In this document: in pieces, positions 27,833 through 35,591 of the stretch
Position numbering within the stretch: the first letter of the stretch is position 1
Layout: the number at the start of each line of letters is the position of its first letter
Assembly (NCBI GenBank): GCA_964644215.1
Contig: CAZXWM010000001.1
Span: 1-38,546, forward strand
Reading direction: 5' to 3'
Source of the DNA: an uncultured Phormidium sp.
GTDB taxonomy: Bacteria; Cyanobacteriota; Cyanobacteriia; Cyanobacteriales; Geitlerinemataceae
Length of the DNA stretch: 38,546 nucleotides
Position numbers and translations under genes: made by a program
Notes under the pieces: generated by a model
What the model saw: the letters and a program-made list of their open reading frames with translations, nothing else
Databases searched by the model: none
Told to the model about the DNA's origin: nothing

Positions 27833-29434
27833 TCATAGTGTTGTCCAGGGAAAGGATTGGTCTAATAATTTCTCTAAGTCTTGATTGTAGGGAGCATAAA
27901 AGTCTTGCAGTTGCGATTTTAAGCTCGGATTTTCAAAGTTATACTCGCCTACATTGTAATACTCCAAGTTTTCCAAAGGCTTGCGGGGAATTTCGAGAAA
28001 TAAATGGACCGTTTGTACAATGTCTGAGGGATGGTCTTGGAAGAGTTCACTAGGGATAACCAGTATTTGTTCACGAGGAAAAAAGCGGAGCCATTTTTCT
28101 AGAAATTTGACATAGCAGCCCCGAGCGATGTAGTGATTGCGAAGGGAAATCACATCGTCCCAATCGGGAATTTCTGCAAGTTGTTCAGTCAAGGCAATGT
28201 CAAGAGGACGACACTCTTTTTTGAGTCGAACCCAGTGATGATAGTGGGAAATGGCACGAGAGACAGGATTACGCAGTAAAACAATTAGTTTCATGTCGGG
28301 GAACTCTCGATACATCCGTTCCGGGGTTTCGGGAGAGTCGAGATAGGTGGGACTCGCTTCACCCGTTCGCCAAAATTTACCCTCTGGAATGGGTAAGAAG
28401 TGCGATCGATACCAGTTTTGGCCTTTCTCATAATGGAGAGACCAAAAATGAAGTTCTTTTTTGATGGAAACGGAGATATCTGGATGTTCTTCTAAGTAAT
28501 AGTAAAGTGAAGATGTGCCACTTTTTTGAGCCCCAATAATTGTAAAATTGACTTGGGGCGATTTTAGAGGGGTTTGAGGTGATAGCTTAGGGTAACGTTG
28601 TTTTAGTTTATAATTTGCAATGTCTTGATGGGTAGTACAAACTTCTTCCATACGACCTTGCTGTTCAAGAACAGCACTTAGATTCAGCCCTAGATCTAAT
28701 TCACCCGGATTGTTCGTAAATTTTTGTTTAAATAGATTTTCTAATTCGTCTAATTTATGGTAAGTATTTGAGAGTGTTAGACAACGTTCCTGCCACCACC
28801 AGGGTTGATAAGGATCGAGTGTAATCGCTTGCCACCAAGCGGCGATCGCACCGGTCCATTGTTTCGCCTCGGCTAATGTTTGAAACAATAGAAAATAAGT
28901 CTCCCATGTCTCACAACCCTGCTCAATCTGGGCTTGACAAGCCTGTAACGCTTGATGAATTTGATTTTGGGAGTTCCAAGCCTTTTTATACGCCGATAAT
29001 GCCTCTAGCCATCGCTGCTGTTGGGCTAGGGTTTTTGCCAGTTTTCGATAGATAAAAACTGAGGGAGTGTTGAGGAGTTGAATCCCTTTTTTATAGGCTT
29101 GTTCTGCCTCTTGCCAGCGTAACTGCTTCACCAAGAGATTTCCCAAGTTACGATAAGCCAAAAACCTAGAAGGATTGATGGCAACGATTTGTTGATACAG
29201 AGAAATTGCCTGGCTATCTTGTTGCCGCTGGCACAAAAAATCGGCACATTCAAGTAAGAGCATTTCATCGTCAGGATTGAGGGCGATCGCCTCCTCATAT
29301 AACTCTAAAACAGCTTCTAGGTCATCCTGTTGTTGATAAAACTGTAACAGCCAGTGAGCAGCTTCTTTCGCTTGATATCCCAATTTGATTTTGAGATAAC
29401 AGCCTAATACAGTGAGTTTAGTTTGAATTTGCAT
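27833..29434 (-). CDS. TPR-repeat plus PAPS-dependent sulfotransferase (HS3ST/NDST-like domain)
   Basis: TPRs (AYRNLGNLL..AEQAYKKGI); 5'-PSB IIGAQKSGTSSL; KELHFW; TGEASPTY; 3'-PB LRNPVSRAISHY. Confidence 0.9.
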   Translation of the reverse strand: MQIQTKLTVLGCYLKIKLGYQAKEAAHWLLQFYQQQDDLEAVLELYEEAIALNPDDEMLLLECADFLCQRQQDSQAISLYQQIVAINPSRFLAYRNLGNLLVKQLRWQEAEQAYKKGIQLLNTPSVFIYRKLAKTLAQQQRWLEALSAYKKAWNSQNQIHQALQACQAQIEQGCETWETYFLLFQTLAEAKQWTGAIAAWWQAITLDPYQPWWWQERCLTLSNTYHKLDELENLFKQKFTNNPGELDLGLNLSAVLEQQGRMEEVCTTHQDIANYKLKQRYPKLSPQTPLKSPQVNFTIIGAQKSGTSSLYYYLEEHPDISVSIKKELHFWSLHYEKGQNWYRSHFLPIPEGKFWRTGEASPTYLDSPETPERMYREFPDMKLIVLLRNPVSRAISHYHHWVRLKKECRPLDIALTEQLAEIPDWDDVISLRNHYIARGCYVKFLEKWLRFFPREQILVIPSELFQDHPSDIVQTVHLFLEIPRKPLENLEYYNVGEYNFENPSLKSQLQDFYAPYNQDLEKLLDQSFPWTTL

Positions 29435-29523
29435 AACTATTTTGCATAACCTTGCATGACAATGTAGAATGATTCTAGTAGAATTTCATTTGTTGTTTGG
29501 TTTAACTTGCAACTCGGTCATGA

Positions 29524-30732
29524 CTACCAAGTCAGAACTTTCCCCGTAATATCTGTCAATTTCTCCATATCCTCTTGAAAATAGTCTCGTAGAGTAGCCC
29601 TCAGTTTAGCATCCGAGTCATTATCTATCATGGAATCCGATAATTTATAGTTCCCGACATTGTATTTTCGATAGTGACGAAGCTGATGACTGGGCAAACC
29701 GAGATACTCAAAAACAGACTGGCTGGTGGCGGCGGGTTGGTTGAGTAAGTCTTCGCTTTTGATGACATAAATTTGCTCTGGTTCAAAGTGGGAATACCAA
29801 GCCTGAAGATTGAGGCTGTAGCAACTTTCTCGTAAATAATCAGGTACAAATTCAACTGACGTGGACGGGCTAGAGTTGCCCGCTAAACTTTCATAAATTG
29901 CCAGGTCTAAGGGACGCACTTCTTGACGACGACGAACTCGATCATAATAGTGAGAGATGGTTCGATCCACTGGGTTTCGTAGGCTTACAATTAAGCGAAT
30001 GTTGGGATAGGCTTGTTTGATTCGTTGAGGTGCTTCCGGATGAGCGAAGTAACTGGGACTGGCTTCTCCTGTTATCAATCCTTGTTGTTTAGCTATCTCT
30101 TCAGAGATAGCTGGAAAATGAGACTGATACCAAGGTAAACCCTGTTGAAAGCGATGAGACCAAAAGTTGATTTCTTTGACAACAGCCGGTAAAACTTTAG
30201 GATGGGAGGCGAGATAGCTATAAAGGGCACTTGTTCCCGATTTTGCTGCACCGATAATAATAAATTGGGGAGATAAAGATGTCTCAGTCCAAGCCGTTTC
30301 GACGAGTTTTTGATAGGATTTCGAGAACTTGGCGTAACTCACGGATTGGTAATGAGTGATGGCGGCTTGGTTGTCTCCCTGGCGGGTGAGTGCTTCAGCC
30401 AGATTGAGGGCGATCGCCGGTTGAACCGAGCTAGACTGTTGATTAGACTGGGCTAGGATGGCGATCGCCCTCTGCAAACGATTCGTCTTTTCTAGCACAT
30501 CCCACAGAGTTCTGTTATACCACCAGCTTTTGTTGGGATAATCGCTCAGAATTGTCAGATAGGTTTGGGCCGCCGCCTCTAGCTGGTTAGCCGCCTGATC
30601 AGCCGCCGCAGACTCCAGTGCGTCTTCTAGGGAGTCTTGATGACTGGCTGGACTATCTAGGGATAGTGGTTGTGCTGATTGTAGCCTCTTAGCGAGTGTT
30701 TTTAACGATTCCCAGATGTTTAGTTTGCTCAA
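29524..30732 (-). CDS. TPR-like plus sulfotransferase
   Basis: LNLAEALTRQGD..AITHY; IIGAAKSGTSAL; KEINFW; TGEASPSY; LRNPVDRTISHY. TTG start. Confidence 0.88.
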   Translation of the reverse strand: MSKLNIWESLKTLAKRLQSAQPLSLDSPASHQDSLEDALESAAADQAANQLEAAAQTYLTILSDYPNKSWWYNRTLWDVLEKTNRLQRAIAILAQSNQQSSSVQPAIALNLAEALTRQGDNQAAITHYQSVSYAKFSKSYQKLVETAWTETSLSPQFIIIGAAKSGTSALYSYLASHPKVLPAVVKEINFWSHRFQQGLPWYQSHFPAISEEIAKQQGLITGEASPSYFAHPEAPQRIKQAYPNIRLIVSLRNPVDRTISHYYDRVRRRQEVRPLDLAIYESLAGNSSPSTSVEFVPDYLRESCYSLNLQAWYSHFEPEQIYVIKSEDLLNQPAATSQSVFEYLGLPSHQLRHYRKYNVGNYKLSDSMIDNDSDAKLRATLRDYFQEDMEKLTDITGKVLTW

Positions 30733-30836
30733 CGGTTTTACTCCTGATCACAGTTGACGATGTTATCCGACGGACTCTGAACCTATAATATCTCGACGAT
30801 AAGTTTCATCTTGATCTAGCCCAAAAATTCAAAGAA

Positions 30837-32654
30837 TTAACGATAGTTACGAGCTTGTGTCTCAAATAAGGTTGCATAAAGACCCTCGTGGGCAATCAAC
30901 TCATCATGAGACCCAGATTCAACAATACATCCTTTATCTAAAACATAAATGCGATCCGCCATTTTGACGGTAGAGAGTCGGTGAGTAATCAAGACTGCTG
31001 ATTGTCCTTCTAATAATTCGCGGAATTTCTTAAACACTTCATATTCTGCTTTCGGATCGAGGGCTGACGTGGGTTCATCGAGGACAATCACCTGAGAGTC
31101 GCGGAGAAACGCCCGAGCGATCGACACTTTTTGCCATTGACCAATACTCAGTTCCTCCCCAGTTGCAAAGCGTTTGCCAAGCAAATTATCATAAGCAAGA
31201 GGCAGCGTTTCGATAACTTCATCCGCCCCAGACCGTTGTGCCGCTTTGATAATGCGTTCATCGTCGGAGGGACATTCGAGATTTCCCAGCCAGATATTTT
31301 CACGAGCGGTTAGGTGATATTTGGCATAGTCTTGGAAGATAACGCTAATTTGCTGGCGTAGTTCCCGAACTTTCAACTCTCGCAAATCAATGCCATCCAT
31401 AAGGATTTGACCTTCTGTGGGGTCATAAAGACGACATAATAGTTTAATTAAAGTCGTTTTACCTGAGCCATTTTCCCCGACAAGAGCAATCACTTCGCCA
31501 GGTTTAATCTGAAATGAGGCATTTTTAATCGCTTCCCGCTGACTGTTCGGGTAATTAAAGTAAACATTTTCAAAGGAGATCCCCTGTTTCATGGGAGACG
31601 GAAGCGGTTTTGGCGAAACTGGATCAACGATTCTTGGTTTGATGTTGAGAAATTCAAAGAGATAGGAGAGGTAACGGTTATCTTCGTAGAGGCCCGCAAC
31701 ACCCTGAAGGACTTGCCAAAGGGCATCATAGGCTTTGCGGAAGGCTTGGTTATACAAGACCAAGTCACCAACGGTAATGTTTCCTTGAACCGTTTGATAG
31801 GCGATATAGGCATAGATACCCCAGGTTGCTACTACAGAAATAAGGGTGGTGAAAAAGTCGGCTGAGGCGCGACGTAGGGCAATTTGCAGCCGTTCTTCGC
31901 GCAGTCGCCAACGCAATTTACGGAAGCGTCGGGAGAAGAGTTCACCGAGTTGAAAGAGGCGAATTTCTTTGGCGTAGTTGTCACTGACGAGTAAGCTGTT
32001 GTAGTACGAGGCTTCCCGTTGGGTGGCGGTGCGGCGTTGTAACCAGGCATGAATCTCGCGAACGAAGGCTAAGCGAACCAGAATCCGGGGAATCACGGGA
32101 ATGATCAAAACGCCACCAATGAGCCAGTTAAAGCTGAGGAGAGTCCCGCCCATGGTGGCGAGTTGGACGAGGTTACTGCCAATTTGTTCGAGGCGATTCA
32201 GTAGCCGTAGGGGGACGTTGTTGGCTTGGTTACGAGCGCGTTCGAGGATGTCGTAGTAGCTGGGATTTTCGTAATGTTCGAGATCGACGGTGATGGCTTT
32301 GTCGTGAATAATCTCGTAGAGGCGATCGGAGACGACTTGTTGCTGATATTGGTTGACGAGGCGGCCGACGGAGGTGAGGAAGGCGGCGGCGAGGTTCACC
32401 AGACCCATAGCAATCACCAGGGGAGCGATGCGACGAAAGGCATCTTCGGGGTTGTCGGCATCAAAGCCCATGGTGATGTTGTCGAGAAGCAGCTTCATGA
32501 TGTAAAGCCGCGTGATGGGAATGCAGCTTTTGACGATGGTGATACTACCTCGGGCTACAGTCCACCAGGGGCCGCTATTCCAGACAATTTTGATCGCCCG
32601 TCCGAGGTGAATGACACGTTCGGATTCAAAGTCTAAGAGGTGACGGGTACGCAT
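30837..32654 (-). CDS. ABC exporter, fused TMD-NBD (type IV/MsbA-like fold, no peptidase domain)
   Basis: N-terminal TM helices; Walker A GENGSGKTT; signature LSIGQWQK; Walker B IVLDEPT; H-loop ITHRL. Confidence 0.93.
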   Translation of the reverse strand: MRTRHLLDFESERVIHLGRAIKIVWNSGPWWTVARGSITIVKSCIPITRLYIMKLLLDNITMGFDADNPEDAFRRIAPLVIAMGLVNLAAAFLTSVGRLVNQYQQQVVSDRLYEIIHDKAITVDLEHYENPSYYDILERARNQANNVPLRLLNRLEQIGSNLVQLATMGGTLLSFNWLIGGVLIIPVIPRILVRLAFVREIHAWLQRRTATQREASYYNSLLVSDNYAKEIRLFQLGELFSRRFRKLRWRLREERLQIALRRASADFFTTLISVVATWGIYAYIAYQTVQGNITVGDLVLYNQAFRKAYDALWQVLQGVAGLYEDNRYLSYLFEFLNIKPRIVDPVSPKPLPSPMKQGISFENVYFNYPNSQREAIKNASFQIKPGEVIALVGENGSGKTTLIKLLCRLYDPTEGQILMDGIDLRELKVRELRQQISVIFQDYAKYHLTARENIWLGNLECPSDDERIIKAAQRSGADEVIETLPLAYDNLLGKRFATGEELSIGQWQKVSIARAFLRDSQVIVLDEPTSALDPKAEYEVFKKFRELLEGQSAVLITHRLSTVKMADRIYVLDKGCIVESGSHDELIAHEGLYATLFETQARNYR

Positions 32655-32694
32655 GGTGAGAATTAGGGGGATTAAGCCAGATTAGAGGGCCAGG

Positions 32695-33885
32695 TTAGAG
32701 GGCCAGATGTTCGTCGGGTAGGGATATCTCAAGTAACTCTTGGAGTTGACGAGTATGGGGTTCAAAGAAGGCTTGCAAGTCTTGACGAATATCGGGGTCG
32801 GGTTGGTATTGGCCGGGATTACGGTTAGTAGCTGAGGTCAGAGGATAGGAGGGAATGTCTAAAAAGTCACAGAGGCGATCTAGGGTCGCTTGGGGCTGTT
32901 GGAAGAGGGTTTCGCTAAAGATAATGTGAATTTGCTGGCGCGGGAAACAGGAGAACCAGCGGGTTAGGGGGGGGACATAGAGGCTGCTGGCGAGGTAGTT
33001 GTTGAGTTTGTTGGGGTCATGGCTGTTGCTGTCGAGTTGCTGACGGTGCGATCGCAAGGCCTCACCCAAAGACCGCTGTTCAACGCCTTCGCGACAGGCA
33101 TGGTGGTAGTGGGAGATGGTACGGTCAACGGGGTTCCGTAACACGGCCACAATTTTCATGTTGGGATAGGTTTGTGCCAGCCGTTGGGGTGCTTTTTGAT
33201 GGGAAAAGTAGGTGGGACTGGCATCGCCGCTGATATAGATCCCGGACTCGGGTAATGGGGCGAAATGGGCTAGATACCAGTCTAAGCCCCGTTGATATCG
33301 CCAAGACCAAAAATCAATTTCTTTGCGGGCGCTAGGGACAATCTGGGGGTGATGACTGAGGTAATGGTACAGGGAGGTGGTTCCCCCTTTCATGACGCCG
33401 ATGATGGTGAACTGGGGGCTAGATGGGGCTGAACCATGCTGTAGATGGGGCTGGAGATGGGCTAAATCGGGGCGATCGCCGGCCAGGCGGTTTTCTACGG
33501 CGCGACGATACCAGGGACGGGCCGCCTCAAACTGTCCGAGGCGGGTTAAGGCTTCGGCGAGGTTTAAGGCACAGGTTCGCTCTTGGGGATGCTGTTGGGC
33601 GAGGGTTTCGAGGATGTTCACAAGTCTTTCTCCCCAGGCGGCTATACTCGGTTGATGGGGCTGTTCCAGGATAGCCCAGAGTTGAAAACGGCTCAGCCAA
33701 TCTTGGCTAGGTTGGGCTTGAATTGCCCGAGAGAAGGCCGCTAATGCCGCTTCTTTCTTTTGTTGTTTAAGGAGTTGCAGGGCAATTTCATCGAGGGGTT
33801 GCCCCGAGGTGTTGGGGGAGGTGAGTTGATGGTGCAGAAGGCTGAGGTTTCCTCTGAGGCGATCGAGTAAGGGGGAGAGTTTCAT
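32695..33885 (-). CDS. TPR-like plus sulfotransferase
   Basis: LNLAEALTRLGQFEAARPWYRRA; IIGVMKGGTTSL; KEIDFW; SGDASPTY; LRNPVDRTISHY. Confidence 0.88.
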   Translation of the reverse strand: MKLSPLLDRLRGNLSLLHHQLTSPNTSGQPLDEIALQLLKQQKKEAALAAFSRAIQAQPSQDWLSRFQLWAILEQPHQPSIAAWGERLVNILETLAQQHPQERTCALNLAEALTRLGQFEAARPWYRRAVENRLAGDRPDLAHLQPHLQHGSAPSSPQFTIIGVMKGGTTSLYHYLSHHPQIVPSARKEIDFWSWRYQRGLDWYLAHFAPLPESGIYISGDASPTYFSHQKAPQRLAQTYPNMKIVAVLRNPVDRTISHYHHACREGVEQRSLGEALRSHRQQLDSNSHDPNKLNNYLASSLYVPPLTRWFSCFPRQQIHIIFSETLFQQPQATLDRLCDFLDIPSYPLTSATNRNPGQYQPDPDIRQDLQAFFEPHTRQLQELLEISLPDEHLAL

Positions 33886-33926
33886 AGGACATCTGGGCGG
33901 GATCTCGTGATAGAACGTGATAGGGC

Positions 33927-35543
33927 TTACCAGCTAAATTCACAATCGAGTAGGGTTTGTAATTTCTGGTTATACGGTTTGTAAAAGGCTTGTAGTTCTT
34001 GACGAATCTCCGCTTCTGCGGGTCGATAAGACCCAGCATTATATTTACGATAGTCGCTTAGGGGATGGTCGGCGAGATCTAGGAATTGATAGACTTGTTT
34101 CAGACTTGCAGAGGGGTTTTCATAAAAGGCTTCACTTTCGAGAAAGAGAAATTGCTCACGGGGGAACAAGGAGAACCAATGCTGGATAAATTCTACATAT
34201 ATACCTCGGGCTAGATAGTTGCTGGGTAAATCCCAAGCATTTCCTTGTTGCTCTAACTCCTGTTTTGCGGCGGCGATCGCCTCAGGCAAGGGTAAGGTTT
34301 CTTGTTGTCGTCGCAGCCAATGATAATAGTGAGAAATTGCCCGATCTACGGGATTTCTTAACAACACCATGAATTTGACATTGGGCAGAAATTCGCGGAT
34401 TCGTTCTGGCGTAACGTAAAAGTCTAAATATCCGGGACAGGCTTCCCCGGTCAAAAATTCACCTCCCTTGGCTAGTGGCGGAAAATGAGCAAAGTACCAG
34501 TCATGACCTCGTCGGTATTTCCAAGACCAAAATTCAACTTCTTTGCGGAGGGCAGGAATGATATTTGGATGTTGTGTTAGATACATATAGAGAGAGCTAG
34601 TTCCCGCTTTTTGCGCCCCTAAAATAATAAAATCTGGCTTCGTTTTGAGGTCAGTTCTGTCTGGATTAGCCTCACAGAGTTTTGCTAATTCTGGGTAAGG
34701 CTTTGCTAATTGCCGTTGTAAAGCCTGTTTATAGTACGGTAGGGCATCACTAATTTTGTCTTGATGGCTGAGGGCTTCTCCTAGATTGATATAAACTTCT
34801 GTGCTATTAGAATGTTCATTTAATGCTTTTTTGTAAGCTATTTCTGCTTCAGGAAGTCGCTTTTCAGTCTTGAGAGTTCTCCAGAAAATAAAGTGATAAA
34901 ACCAGGAAAATTCTGGGTCAATTTCGATTGTTTTTAGATAAACTTGACTCAAGTTTGAGGTATCGTTGAGACGCAATAAAACACCCGCGTAGTCATACAA
35001 CAATTGAAAGGGGGGATTTTGGGATTTTGCTGAGACTTCAATTGCGTTTTGATACGCCTTAGCACTCGCTGAATACTGGTTTAACTGACTATACGTTTTA
35101 GCCAAGTTATGATGACTTTCAAAGCAATCGGGGGCGAGTTTTATCGCCTCTTTATAGGCGTTAATTGCTCCCTGCCAATCTTGTTTATGTCCGAGAGCAT
35201 CGCCTAAGTTATGATGTGACCAAGAAAAGTCTGAGTTGAGGGCGATCGCCTGCCGATACGCCCCCACCGCCGCCTCAAATTGTCCCTGCTGTTGCAGGAC
35301 ATCTCCTAACTCATGGTGAGCCAGGGCGATGGTGTTATCCAAGGCGAGACAGCGACGAAAAGACGCTTCAGCCTCGGACCAGTTTTGCTGCTGTAGTTGC
35401 GCTTTTGCCAAATGATAATGAGGCCAAGAATTTTGGGGTTGAATCCGAGTTAAAACCCGCCAATAGACAGACTTGAATTGCAGTGGACGAGTGGTTAACC
35501 AAGTCCGAACCCGCCGTAATTGTGATTTAAGTTTAGCTTTCAT
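33927..35543 (-). CDS. Multi-TPR plus sulfotransferase
   Basis: Several canonical TPRs (AHHELGDVL, SHHNLGDAL, SHHNLAKTY); ILGAQKAGTSSL; KEVEFW; TGEACPGY; LRNPVDRAISHY. Start at ATG 35543 or TTG 35567. Confidence 0.9.
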   Translation of the reverse strand: MKAKLKSQLRRVRTWLTTRPLQFKSVYWRVLTRIQPQNSWPHYHLAKAQLQQQNWSEAEASFRRCLALDNTIALAHHELGDVLQQQGQFEAAVGAYRQAIALNSDFSWSHHNLGDALGHKQDWQGAINAYKEAIKLAPDCFESHHNLAKTYSQLNQYSASAKAYQNAIEVSAKSQNPPFQLLYDYAGVLLRLNDTSNLSQVYLKTIEIDPEFSWFYHFIFWRTLKTEKRLPEAEIAYKKALNEHSNSTEVYINLGEALSHQDKISDALPYYKQALQRQLAKPYPELAKLCEANPDRTDLKTKPDFIILGAQKAGTSSLYMYLTQHPNIIPALRKEVEFWSWKYRRGHDWYFAHFPPLAKGGEFLTGEACPGYLDFYVTPERIREFLPNVKFMVLLRNPVDRAISHYYHWLRRQQETLPLPEAIAAAKQELEQQGNAWDLPSNYLARGIYVEFIQHWFSLFPREQFLFLESEAFYENPSASLKQVYQFLDLADHPLSDYRKYNAGSYRPAEAEIRQELQAFYKPYNQKLQTLLDCEFSW

Positions 35544-35591
35544 GGTGAAACGGTCTAGGTTGAGCAAGTTTGACGTTTGGGCCGTTTAATG

